A stretch of DNA of 64,000 nt from Promethearchaeota archaeon. GTDB lineage: Archaea; Asgardarchaeota; Lokiarchaeia; Sigyniarchaeales; SOKP01. The stretch's first letter is position 1; each line of letters begins with the position of its first letter. The stretch lies in the NCBI GenBank assembly GCA_048939015.1, contig JBHLPW010000013.1, positions 20,607 to 84,606 of the forward strand, in the 5' to 3' direction. Made by a program: the position numbers and the translations under genes. Shown here piece by piece: positions 27,465 through 37,263 of the stretch. The notes under the pieces are model-generated. The model saw only the letters and a list, made by a program, of their open reading frames with translations, had not been told where the DNA came from and searched no databases.

Positions 27465-27527
27465 AATGCGATGGAGTTTATTATGGAAGATAAGCTAAAA
27501 GCAAAATACAAGATTGTCTTATCTTAG
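27465..27527 (+). pseudogene. Displaced duplicate of the GH57 3' end
   Basis: NAMEFIMEDKLKAKYKIVLS* vs DAMELIMGDMLKAQNKIVLSLM* (24666-24734); 46/60 nt identical by hand count. Confidence 0.8.
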
Positions 27528-27555
27528 TAAAAATTTAGGTAGGAAAATTTGATTT

Positions 27556-27918
27556 TTATTGTAATATTTTTTCAATTTCTTTAATAAAAGATTCTGGAAT
27601 AATAGGTTTTTCAATATAAGATACAGCACCAGCCTCTAACGCTTTTTCTCTATCTCCTCTCATAACACTAGACGTACAAAAAACAATTGGACAATCCTTA
27701 AGAGCTTTATTATTCTTTAATCCCTTTGTTAGCTCTAATCCATCTATGTCTGGAAGCTGCCAGTCCATTACAATCAAGTCTGGTCTATTTTCTAAGGCAA
27801 TTTTCAGACCATCTTTACCATTATATGCTTGTAATACTCCATATCCATGCTTCTCTAAGATGAAACTGATGAGATACATGTTCGACTCATTATCTTCAAT
27901 AATTAAAATGGTTTTCAT
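27556..27918 (-). CDS. Single-domain response regulator (DivK/CheY-like)
   Basis: IIEDN, DLIVMDWQLP, YIEKPI. Confidence 0.93.
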   Translation of the reverse strand: MKTILIIEDNESNMYLISFILEKHGYGVLQAYNGKDGLKIALENRPDLIVMDWQLPDIDGLELTKGLKNNKALKDCPIVFCTSSVMRGDREKALEAGAVSYIEKPIIPESFIKEIEKILQ

Positions 27919-29045
27919 TTAGAAATATCCTCACCATTTAATTTTAATGACAGTGTGAAAATACTTCCCTTCCCAAATTCACTTTCAACAAATAAATCTC
28001 CCCCTAATTGATTTGCTAGTTTTTTTGATAGGTGAAGGCCTAAACCAGTTCCCTCTTTAAATTTCCCAGGTTCGATAATACGACTAAAAGGTTTAAACAA
28101 TTTTTCTTGATCTTTCTCTCTTATCCCTAAACCCGTGTCTGTTACTGAAATTTCAACCGTTTCATTTAATTTTTGAATTTTTATTGAAATTTTTCCTTCA
28201 TCCGTAAATTTTACTGCATTCCTAAATAAATTCTCTATAATTTGATTTATTCTCCGTTTATCATTAAATATTACGAGACTTTCAGGGGTATCTATGAGAA
28301 GTTCTAGCCCTTTCTTCTCTAAAGCAATATTAAATTTTTCTTTTAATTTTAGCAACTCATTAACAAGGTTATATCTGTCTTTTTGTATATCTAATTTTTC
28401 TGCTTCAATTTTAGTTACGTCAATAACATCATCAATTAATCTGTGCAAATTATTTGCACTTTTCAAAATAATTTTTAGTTGTTTCTCTTGTTCTTCATTT
28501 ATTTCCCCTACCCAACCTTTTAACATCATTCTTGTAAATCCTATTATGGAAGTTAATGGAGTTCTCAATTCATGGCTCGTACTTGCTATAAATATACTTT
28601 TTAACTGATCTAATTCTTTTAGTTTTAAATTTTGGATTAAATTGTAAATTATAGAAACCAAAGCTACTATTAGTATAATTAAGCAAAACGGTATTAAAAA
28701 TACCCAAATAAAAACACCTGTTTTAAATATTGGAGCATATAAAGAAATAACCAAGTTTATTCCCGAAATTATCAATGAACAAGTTACATTTGAAATGTTG
28801 AAAAAAAATGAAAATTCCTCTATTTCAAATTTACGCTTTAAAAAAAATCTCATATATAAAAATGCAAAGTAAAATACGAGAATAGGAATTTCAAGTACAA
28901 TCAACCATATAAATACAGGTGGTAGATCTGTAAGACATATTAAAACAATTGTTAGGATTGCTAGTATTATTACTCCTATTATGAATAAAAATAGATACTT
29001 TATAAGATAAATAACCTTTTTTGAGAGATTTTTCATGATTATCAA
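27915..29045 (-). CDS. Membrane sensor histidine kinase (4 TM)
   Basis: SHELRTPL H-box, NAVKF, DTGLGI, GTGLGL. Confidence 0.93.
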   Translation of the reverse strand: MIIMKNLSKKVIYLIKYLFLFIIGVIILAILTIVLICLTDLPPVFIWLIVLEIPILVFYFAFLYMRFFLKRKFEIEEFSFFFNISNVTCSLIISGINLVISLYAPIFKTGVFIWVFLIPFCLIILIVALVSIIYNLIQNLKLKELDQLKSIFIASTSHELRTPLTSIIGFTRMMLKGWVGEINEEQEKQLKIILKSANNLHRLIDDVIDVTKIEAEKLDIQKDRYNLVNELLKLKEKFNIALEKKGLELLIDTPESLVIFNDKRRINQIIENLFRNAVKFTDEGKISIKIQKLNETVEISVTDTGLGIREKDQEKLFKPFSRIIEPGKFKEGTGLGLHLSKKLANQLGGDLFVESEFGKGSIFTLSLKLNGEDISK

Positions 29046-29171
29046 ATTTTAATTTGATTTCATATTAATATTTGATTTAAATTTATTAAATCATAAGAAT
29101 AATTACTTTTTTGTCCAATTTTTATATAAATCTTTGATTTTCCATATTATTATTAACAATTTAAATGATTT

Positions 29172-30857
29172 TTAAAAAGACATATCCTCTTCTTCTCTTG
29201 TTAAGATTAATTTGAAAGTGCTTCCTTTCCCTAATTTGCTTTTTACTGTAATATCTCCCCCGAGTAGATTCGCTATTTTCTTAGAAAGATGAAGTCCCAG
29301 ACCACTTCCCTCTGTATATTTCCCAGGTTCAAGAATTCGACTAAATGGTTTGAACAACTTTTTTAAATCTTCTGTTTGTATTCCTGGACCTGTATCTTTA
29401 ACTGAGATTATTATATTTTCTTTTTTTCTTTTAATTTTTATGGAAATCCTTCCGCTATCAGTGAATTTTATTGCATTTCTAATTAAATTTATTAATATTT
29501 GATTTATTCGTTGTTTATCATTGTAAATTATTAGGTTTTCGGGAGCATCCAGAAAAAGATCTAGTCCTTTTTCCTTAGCAGAAACAGCAAAATTTTCTTT
29601 CAACTTTATTAATTCTTCTATGAGATTAAATTTATCTTTTCTTATAGTTAACTTGTTTATTTCTATTTTAGTCATATCAAGTACTCGATTAATCAATTCA
29701 TCTAAATGAGTTGCATTATTTAGAATAATTTTAAGTTGGTTTTCTTGTTCTTCATTTATCTCTCCAGCCCTCCCCTTCAATATCGTTCTTGTAAAACCTA
29801 TTATTGAAGTTAATGGAGTTTTTAATTCATGACTTATACTCGCTAAAAAGCTGACTTGTTGTGGTCTCGTGAACATGGCTAAAAATTCGGTTTTATATGT
29901 ATCATCTTCTTTCAATATTTCTTGACTCTTTGATTTGATTTCAGAATGTATGTTTTTTGTTATGAGATAAAACAATATGGATATATATATGATTGCTATT
30001 AAAAATGTAATCAAAAAGAGTATCCAATCAGTATCTATACCCTCTTTCTTTGATACTAACTCAAAAATATCTGAAGTTATTATCACAATCAGTAAAGTGA
30101 TGGTTAAAATTGCAAATATTACCCAATATGTTAAAGGTCGAGAAATAATTTTAGGATCAATAATTATCGGAAATATAAATAAAAAACATCCTGCTATTAA
30201 AAAAAGGGGACTTAATATTAAGGGGAATATATTGAGCTCCTTATGAGCACTCTTCGCTAAAATTAATGAAATCATGCATAATACAAAACCAAAGAATAAA
30301 AATGAAGATACGGCTTTAAACTCAAAATGAGACCATTTTGTATAAAGAAATAATATAAATGGAATAAAGAATACTAATTCAAGTATTAAAGAATAATTAA
30401 ATACAGCTCTCGCAAGCTCTGTACTTAAAAATGCAAAAACAATTTCTATTGCTATTAGTACCGAGGAAATAATTGTAAGGAGAAATTTCGTGTGTTTTAC
30501 GATTATATCATAAGTTAATACAAAGAATGTACCTACTAATCCAAAAGATACGTAACTTAATACACCAAGAAGTTCATATGGTTCTTCAGTAAAGTTTTCA
30601 TAATTCCCACAAAAAATAAAGTTATTGAAATCTCCATGAACTTGAAGAACTTGAAAATAAGTAAAAAACAAGCTAAGTGCAAAACCGATAGGCAGACTAG
30701 CTAGCCCTAACATGATTATTCTTTCATTAAAGACTTCTCTTTTTTTAGCTATACGTATAAAATATATTCCACATATGAATGCTATAGTTATTGCAATCCC
30801 CCATAAAAATCGTTCAAGGGAATCCCAAACAATCACCGATCCTTCAGGACATGCCAT
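29172..30857 (-). CDS. Multi-TM sensor histidine kinase
   Basis: About 9 TM N-terminal region; SHELKTPL, NAIKF, DTGPGI, GSGLGL. Confidence 0.93.
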   Translation of the reverse strand: MACPEGSVIVWDSLERFLWGIAITIAFICGIYFIRIAKKREVFNERIIMLGLASLPIGFALSLFFTYFQVLQVHGDFNNFIFCGNYENFTEEPYELLGVLSYVSFGLVGTFFVLTYDIIVKHTKFLLTIISSVLIAIEIVFAFLSTELARAVFNYSLILELVFFIPFILFLYTKWSHFEFKAVSSFLFFGFVLCMISLILAKSAHKELNIFPLILSPLFLIAGCFLFIFPIIIDPKIISRPLTYWVIFAILTITLLIVIITSDIFELVSKKEGIDTDWILFLITFLIAIIYISILFYLITKNIHSEIKSKSQEILKEDDTYKTEFLAMFTRPQQVSFLASISHELKTPLTSIIGFTRTILKGRAGEINEEQENQLKIILNNATHLDELINRVLDMTKIEINKLTIRKDKFNLIEELIKLKENFAVSAKEKGLDLFLDAPENLIIYNDKQRINQILINLIRNAIKFTDSGRISIKIKRKKENIIISVKDTGPGIQTEDLKKLFKPFSRILEPGKYTEGSGLGLHLSKKIANLLGGDITVKSKLGKGSTFKLILTREEEDMSF

Positions 30858-30942
30858 ATTTTCGACCTCTCGTTACGAAGTAAATATTACATTTAAATTT
30901 AATAAAGACTTAAATATCAATGTTATTCAAGAGGGATAAAAA

Positions 30943-31836
30943 ATGAAACCATTAATAATCTTAGTTGAGGATGACCCCAATATCTTAAAATATCTTAAAA
31001 TGACATTAGAATTTAACGATTGCCAAGTAATTACAGCATCAAATGGAAAAGAGGGGCTTAATGTTCTTTCCGAGTTGAATGAGTATCCCGATCTCATCAT
31101 CAGTGATATAATGATGCCAGAAATGAATGGGTATGACTTTTTTGATGCCGTTTCTAATAATCCAACTTATTGTCATGTATCATTTATTTTCTTATCAGCT
31201 CTCGATTCTCCTGAAGATGTGCGATTTGGAAAGATGCTTGGAGTAGATGATTACCTCACAAAACCTATTGATGAAGATGATTTCTTAGCAATTGTCTTTG
31301 GTAAAATCAAACGTAACAAAACTATTAACTTGATTAATGATAGGATTAATGAAATTTATTCATCACATGAGATTACAAAAGAGTTAGTTTCTAGAGATAC
31401 AGAAGACCTAATTCTATTGATTGAAGTAGATTGGGATGATATAATAGGTCCAAACCCAGTAAATCATTTCCCCAAAGAAACTATATTAGAATCTTCAATT
31501 AGAAGTATTAGTGATCAACTTTATGATGTAGTTAAAGCAATGTATGGTCATGATTCCATTTTAACTGGAGAAGGGGCATTAATACCTTTAAAAAACTATA
31601 ATCTTATGACTTATGTATTTTTTGATTCTTATCCTGATGAATCTTTTAGAGCTAAAAGGAAGGACTATATGTTTTCTCTTATTGCTACGACTATCACATA
31701 TTTCCAATCATTAAAAATAAAGCAAATTTTAATAGAACTCTCCTCACTGTATAAAAAGGATAAAAAATGGGACATAGAACTGTTTTGGAATAAATGTTCT
31801 GAAATCCTCACAAAATCATCACTAATATCAACTTAA
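30943..31836 (+). CDS. Response regulator with C-terminal uDENN/longin-like domain
   Basis: Intact receiver (VEDD, DLIISDIMMP, FLSA, TKP); C-terminal LLIEVDWDDIIGPNPVNHFP resembles the uDENN FDxxxGP..YP start. Confidence 0.75.
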   Translation: MKPLIILVEDDPNILKYLKMTLEFNDCQVITASNGKEGLNVLSELNEYPDLIISDIMMPEMNGYDFFDAVSNNPTYCHVSFIFLSALDSPEDVRFGKMLGVDDYLTKPIDEDDFLAIVFGKIKRNKTINLINDRINEIYSSHEITKELVSRDTEDLILLIEVDWDDIIGPNPVNHFPKETILESSIRSISDQLYDVVKAMYGHDSILTGEGALIPLKNYNLMTYVFFDSYPDESFRAKRKDYMFSLIATTITYFQSLKIKQILIELSSLYKKDKKWDIELFWNKCSEILTKSSLIST

Positions 31837-31932
31837 TCACTTTTGTGTCAAATCTTTAAATATTTTCTTAACTTCATAGAATTCATTGATGCGTTTTTAA
31901 AAATTATTTAAATTAAAAAGTGGAAATATACA

Positions 31933-32487
31933 ATGAATAATCCAAAAAATGAAGATCAACCAATAAAGCTTGTAATCATGGGTATGGAAAATGCTGGAAA
32001 AACCACAATATTAGATGTGCTTACAGGCAAAATTAATGAGACTCCCAATAGACCACCAAGCATGAATCCAACTAAAGGGATAGAAAGAAGTACAATCTTA
32101 TTTTTTCAGGAGGAAACTAAGGTTTGGGATTTTGGGGGACAAGAAAGCTATCGCAATGAATACTTAGCAAATCCCACAAAATACTTTTACTCAATCTCCT
32201 TTTTTTATTATGTAGTAGATATTCAAGATTATTACCGATTGCCTCAATCAGTGATGTATTTTAGAGGTGTTTTCAATATGATTATAAATCATAGCCCAGA
32301 TGCAAAAATTATTTTTCTATTTCACAAAAATGATCCTGATTATATTGCAGATGAGAGAAATCTAAAAGGAAAATTCATAGAGAAGATAGAACCAAGTTTA
32401 AAGGCGGCTAACATACCTTATACTATGTATGATACCACTATATATGATTTATCTAGCATTAAAACTGCCTTTGGTCTTGATTCATGA
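31933..32487 (+). CDS. Small GTPase, Arf/Rag(Gtr1)-like
   Basis: G1 GMENAGKTT, G2 PTKG, G3 WDFGGQ, G4 HKND, G5 TTIYD. Confidence 0.9.
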   Translation: MNNPKNEDQPIKLVIMGMENAGKTTILDVLTGKINETPNRPPSMNPTKGIERSTILFFQEETKVWDFGGQESYRNEYLANPTKYFYSISFFYYVVDIQDYYRLPQSVMYFRGVFNMIINHSPDAKIIFLFHKNDPDYIADERNLKGKFIEKIEPSLKAANIPYTMYDTTIYDLSSIKTAFGLDS

Positions 32488-32683
32488 CTTTTGGGATAAA
32501 TTCCAAATTAAACGAAAATATACTTTCAAATCAATTGAATTCAAAGAAATAGAACAACTTCATAAAAATTATTATATTTCTTATTACCTTTTTTTGAAAA
32601 TCTATAAATAAATCTTCAGCTGAGATAAGATTAACAAAATTCTAATAGAAATAGAGAAGTTTTAAATAACAAAATATAATAGA

Positions 32684-34075
32684 GTGAGAAAAATGACAGA
32701 GTCACCAAATTTGAAATACTCTGAAACACTAACTACGAAAAGAATGATATTATTTACGTTACAAGGAGTTAGTACAGGATTTTTATTTGCAATGTGGGGT
32801 CAAATTCAATTTTATGCAGCTAATATACTTTTAATTCCACAACTACTGATTTCATTTATTTATCTTATATATTCTATTTTAGAGGGAATTAATGATCCAA
32901 TAATAGGCTATTTAGCAGACAGATCAAAAAGATTTACATCTCGATTTGGAAAAAGGTATCCCTGGATTATGGCGGGATTGATATTTGGACCAGTTTTTTT
33001 AATCCTTAGTTTTATTAAAATTTCATCTGATATAACTGTATTAGTGGTATGGTTAATTTTTACCATGATTATCCATGATACTTTTATGACGAGTGTCGAA
33101 ATCAATCATAATGCATTATTTCCTGATTTATTTAGGGGATCTACTCACAGGGGTAAGGTAATATGGATTGGATCAATTCTTGGTGGAATTATTTCTATAA
33201 TAGCTAATGGTTTGGTTCCGGGATTAATAGAAAGGCTAGGATATTTTGTTGCGGTTGTATTAATTGTTATAATTGCATATATATTTGTTATTCCTTATAA
33301 TTATGGAATACGAGAGCCAGAAGAGATGAAAAGTTTTCGTGCTGAATTAGATGCAACCAATAGAGGGACTTCATCTGTAAAAGAGATTCTTAAACGAGTA
33401 TTTACTGATAAGAATTGGATGGGGATTGTAATAGCTGGTTTTACATGGGCTGTTGGAGGTGCCTGTTTCCTATATGGACTCAATTTCTTCGTTGTAGATA
33501 ACCTAGGAATGGAAATCGGAGATACTACTTTACCCCTTGTAATGCTATATCTTGTAGGGTTTCTTTTAGCTCCTTTATGGGTTTGGATATCAAAAAAAAT
33601 TGGAAACAAAAACGCTTATATAATAGGAATGGCTTTAAATATTCTTGGATTCTTCCTTTTATTCTTTATTACCAGTTTGTCAGGATTAATATTAATGTTT
33701 ACATTTCAAGGTATTGGATTTAGTGCTACTTCTGGAGCAATTTTTGGTCTATTAAGAGCAGAAGGAATTGATAATGCATCAGTCAACTCAGGAAAACGAG
33801 AAGAAGGAAGTTATACTAGTGTTTGGAAATTTTTTACAGCATTCTCTTACTTCTTCCAAACAGTAATATTTACCATTGTTTCAGCGATAACTGGATATGA
33901 TGCTGCTCTTGGAACTGGAAATAGTGATACTGCGAAAGCTGGTTTGATCTTTCAAATGTCGATTATCCCGATGATAATATTTTTAATTGGACTACTTGCT
34001 TTCATATTTATGTACAAAATATCCAAAGAGGATGCGATTGCAAACAAAATTAAACTAGAAGACATGAATCTTTAA
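32684..34075 (+). CDS. MFS transporter, GPH/MelB family
   Basis: NDPIIGYLADR, RFGKRYPW, GKREEG, about 12 TM. Confidence 0.92.
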   Translation: MRKMTESPNLKYSETLTTKRMILFTLQGVSTGFLFAMWGQIQFYAANILLIPQLLISFIYLIYSILEGINDPIIGYLADRSKRFTSRFGKRYPWIMAGLIFGPVFLILSFIKISSDITVLVVWLIFTMIIHDTFMTSVEINHNALFPDLFRGSTHRGKVIWIGSILGGIISIIANGLVPGLIERLGYFVAVVLIVIIAYIFVIPYNYGIREPEEMKSFRAELDATNRGTSSVKEILKRVFTDKNWMGIVIAGFTWAVGGACFLYGLNFFVVDNLGMEIGDTTLPLVMLYLVGFLLAPLWVWISKKIGNKNAYIIGMALNILGFFLLFFITSLSGLILMFTFQGIGFSATSGAIFGLLRAEGIDNASVNSGKREEGSYTSVWKFFTAFSYFFQTVIFTIVSAITGYDAALGTGNSDTAKAGLIFQMSIIPMIIFLIGLLAFIFMYKISKEDAIANKIKLEDMNL

Positions 34076-34155
34076 AATTATTATTTTTTTTTATTAGTAT
34101 TGATTAAAATCTATTTTTCATTTAATACTGATATTTTATAGTACCAATAAAAAAT

Positions 34156-35586
34156 TTAGGAATCAATTTTTAATTCATTTTTCCTTTTCTTATGTCGCTC
34201 TTTTTTACTTAGAACAAGACTTCTTAATTCATTTACAGTATAATCCTTTAAAGAAACAATCATTCTTATGATTGCTCGGGTAATTGGTTCATAGCTTTCT
34301 TGATGAATTTTATCTAAGGTATCAGCTGGATCAAAGAGATATGGTGGTGCTGCCAAAAATGATATGAAGGGAATTCCTTCAGGATGATAAAAACTACCAT
34401 CAGTAGGAGGACTATCTCTTCCAGGGGGAAATCCATCTGGAGGTAGTAAAATGGAGCGTTCTAAGTTCTCTTTTATAATTGCATCTTCAACAATTTCTTC
34501 AAGTGGTAATATTCGACTTACAAACCACCATCTAACTGTTGGATCATCTAAAGGTATAAGCTTTCCATTTTCACTCTTTACATCTCGAGCCACATGTTCT
34601 AAATGAATTCCTACAACAACTTTTTCTAAAAACTCCTTATTTTGATCTACAAAAGAAACCGCGCCTTTTGCTCCAGCCATATGAGCACAATTCATCAAAA
34701 AAAGGAGATTGAAGGGACGTTGGTCTTCAGGAATTTGAGACCAATACTTTGCTTGGGCAAGCACTAACGCCATACCAGAAGCATCCTCTACTGCTGAGTT
34801 CCAAGGCCCATCGTGGTGAGTACCTATAACAATCCATTCATCAGATGTCCCATATAAACAACCTAAAATATTATGTGAAGTAACTTTAGAAATAGTAGCT
34901 TTATATGACAAATTTGCTTTCACAGCACCATTTTCAATAAATTCTAAAATTTTTTTCCCATTATTTCGACTGACATAAACACCAGAAATTTTCCTTTCAA
35001 CTGCATCGTAAGGAACATAATATTTTTCAGTTTCCCAAGGATAACCAGAAAGAATTCCAATAAAACCAACAATAATGTCTTTCAATGGGGGCTCTAAAAA
35101 TTTTCGTCTTTTATAATCAAATGGAACGGTTTGCTCTAAATTTTCAAATTCATTTTTTGGATCATAAAATCTATCTATTCCAGATATACCCTTTAGTCCT
35201 TGAACCGGAAACTTAAGAAGATTTAATTCTGAAACTATTATAGCTCCCGATTGTGGTGGTTCTCTTGATTCTAAACATAATTCCGCTTCAAGATCCTCTA
35301 CTGGTTTAGTATACGGTACTGGGAAACAAGGAATGTCTAAAACCAATCTAGGATTGTCAACCATCCAAATCTTAAGTTTAGCATTATAAGTTTCCCATTT
35401 TTTTACTGGAACGGGGTTTAATGAAATATTTTGTAACCCTATTGCTTTAAATCGCTCTTCCACCCAAGCTTCTATTTTATAATCTGCAGGATACCCTGGG
35501 CGACGAATACCTTGGTTAAATATTTCTGTAGTCCAAGCCATCATCTCAGCCATAGTTGGTACAAATTCTTTCTTAAGTGAACTCAT
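34156..35586 (-). CDS. M28 family metallopeptidase
   Basis: IGTHHDG, AVEDASG, HLEH, PTDG. Confidence 0.8.
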   Translation of the reverse strand: MSSLKKEFVPTMAEMMAWTTEIFNQGIRRPGYPADYKIEAWVEERFKAIGLQNISLNPVPVKKWETYNAKLKIWMVDNPRLVLDIPCFPVPYTKPVEDLEAELCLESREPPQSGAIIVSELNLLKFPVQGLKGISGIDRFYDPKNEFENLEQTVPFDYKRRKFLEPPLKDIIVGFIGILSGYPWETEKYYVPYDAVERKISGVYVSRNNGKKILEFIENGAVKANLSYKATISKVTSHNILGCLYGTSDEWIVIGTHHDGPWNSAVEDASGMALVLAQAKYWSQIPEDQRPFNLLFLMNCAHMAGAKGAVSFVDQNKEFLEKVVVGIHLEHVARDVKSENGKLIPLDDPTVRWWFVSRILPLEEIVEDAIIKENLERSILLPPDGFPPGRDSPPTDGSFYHPEGIPFISFLAAPPYLFDPADTLDKIHQESYEPITRAIIRMIVSLKDYTVNELRSLVLSKKERHKKRKNELKIDS

Positions 35587-35705
35587 AATTATTACTTTTA
35601 TTAAGAATAATTAAATGTTGTAAATGCAAAATGATTTTATATAAATTAAATCTCGTTGTTTAATAATATAATCTTGGTTAAAAATAAAAAAAAATAAGAA
35701 AAAAA

Positions 35706-35905
35706 TTAGTCTTTTTTGAAAAGGTTTCCACATTCTCCACACTTCATGTTCTTAGAATATACAGGAGTGCCTTGCTTCAGCGATTGACTGAAATAGTTCA
35801 ACCTATACTGTAATAGAGCACACTGTTCTTATCTGCTTCTTCATGAAGTTTGCGTGGATTCTCATTACCACATTTTGGACATTTTACTCTTTTATATTCT
35901 GTCAT
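35706..35905 (-). CDS. 56-aa Zn-ribbon protein encoded in two exons, join(35805-35905, 35706-35775)
   Basis: Spliced product MTEYKRVKCPKCGNENPRKLHEEADKNSVLYYSMQGTPVYSKNMKCGECGNLFKKD*; matches the CPACG..EDKS.I..YPRVYGKKYRCGRCG ribbon at the end of 62406-63302. Confidence 0.82.
35776..35804 (-). other. Candidate 29-nt bulge-helix-bulge intron in mRNA
   Basis: Minus strand CAGT-AT|A-GGTTGA..TCAATC-GCTG-AA|G: 4-bp helix CAGU/GCUG flanked by two 3-nt bulges; cutting after nt 2 of each bulge gives AGT ATG CAA in frame. Confidence 0.8.
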
Positions 35906-35962
35906 TAACCTTAACTCTGTAAAAATTGTATTAAATAGTTAGTAGAGTTTATAAATTTAAAT

Positions 35963-36493
35963 TTAGGTTTTTAAATGGGTTTTTATTATTATCTCTCGAA
36001 CAATACTATCAATGGTTTTATTAGTTGTATCAATTGTAATTTCTGCTGCTGCCTCATAATAAGGTTTTCTAAAACTTAAAACATTCTCAATTTCTTTTTT
36101 TAAATCTTCTTTATCAATAATCGGGCGTGTTTCTTTCCCATTTTTTAATGCTCTTTCGTATATTTCATTTATTGTGGCATTTAGTAACACTATATAACAA
36201 TTTTTTTTTAAGTTTTTAACATTTTTTGTATCTAAAACCACACCCCCTCCACATGAAATAACCACTTTATTATATTTAGAAATTTTCTCACACACTGAAA
36301 TTTCATATTTCCTAAACTTTTCTTCACCTTCTTCAGCAAAAATTTCAGGAATTGATTTTCCAATTTCTTGAATAATTTCTTGATCTGTTTCTATAAATCT
36401 ATAATCTTTATCGAGGTGTTTTATTAATGTTTTGCCTATTGTAGTTTTTCCAGTAGCCATAAAACCAATAAGCGCAATGGAATCTTTTGCCAT
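35963..36493 (-). CDS. aroK: Shikimate kinase (AroK type)
   Basis: IGFMATGKTT, IFAEEGEEKFR, SCGGG, RPII, RKPYY. Confidence 0.93.
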   Translation of the reverse strand: MAKDSIALIGFMATGKTTIGKTLIKHLDKDYRFIETDQEIIQEIGKSIPEIFAEEGEEKFRKYEISVCEKISKYNKVVISCGGGVVLDTKNVKNLKKNCYIVLLNATINEIYERALKNGKETRPIIDKEDLKKEIENVLSFRKPYYEAAAEITIDTTNKTIDSIVREIIIKTHLKT

Positions 36494-36548
36494 AATATAT
36501 TACAACCATTGATTTCTATATAATCATACCTCTATCTTTTCTCAGAGA

Positions 36549-37103
36549 TTATTCTTGTGAAAATCCATGTTTCTCTAGAAGTCCTTTTTTAATTTCAAGG
36601 TAATTACCAGCAATATAAGTAGGAAAATCAAATTTTTCTGGATCCAAAGCCTCATTTTTAACATATTTAGGATTAGTATGTGTAGCAACAACCCGACCGA
36701 AGTAACAGACATGTGATCCAAGTTCTATTCTTTTTATTACCTTACATTCCATATTCCAAGGAAATTCTTTAACCATTGGAACTTTTACTACTGAAGCTTC
36801 TTCTTTTGTTAAACCCAATTTACTCCATTTATTAATGTCCCTTCCTGAACGCGTTCCAATATAATCTGTTTCTCTCAATTGTTCTATAGTTGGATAATTA
36901 ATAACAAATTCATTATGTTTTTCAATTAAGTGATACGAATGTCTTTTTGGTTGAATAGAAACTGCAATGATTGGAGGATCATAACACACTTTTCCTACAT
37001 AAGCCAATGTTATTAAATTTGCTTCTTCCCCTAATCCTACAGAAACCACTGCTGTAGGCATTGGAAATGTTGAGATCTTTGGACTTAAATCCACTTTTTT
37101 CAT
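36549..37103 (-). CDS. Flavin reductase family protein
   Basis: FPMP, EFVIN, GTRSGRD, MECKV, GSH. Confidence 0.9.
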   Translation of the reverse strand: MKKVDLSPKISTFPMPTAVVSVGLGEEANLITLAYVGKVCYDPPIIAVSIQPKRHSYHLIEKHNEFVINYPTIEQLRETDYIGTRSGRDINKWSKLGLTKEEASVVKVPMVKEFPWNMECKVIKRIELGSHVCYFGRVVATHTNPKYVKNEALDPEKFDFPTYIAGNYLEIKKGLLEKHGFSQE

Positions 37104-37263
37104 TCTAATTTCATCTTACTGATTTGATTTATTAAATATTTTAATTATTATAATATTAAATAATTTTAATGTAAATAATAGCAATTTTTCTTATAAAACT
37201 CTTAAATAATAAAAGATTAGTAAATAATCAAAATCCTTTGAAAGTAATAAAAAGTGAAAGACT

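Noticed and set aside
35776-35804. Selenocysteine readthrough or ribosomal frameshift as the explanation of the split Zn-ribbon gene
   Set aside because: The second half is in a different frame, so UGA recoding cannot join it. No slippery heptamer is evident, whereas BHB cleavage positions restore the frame exactly
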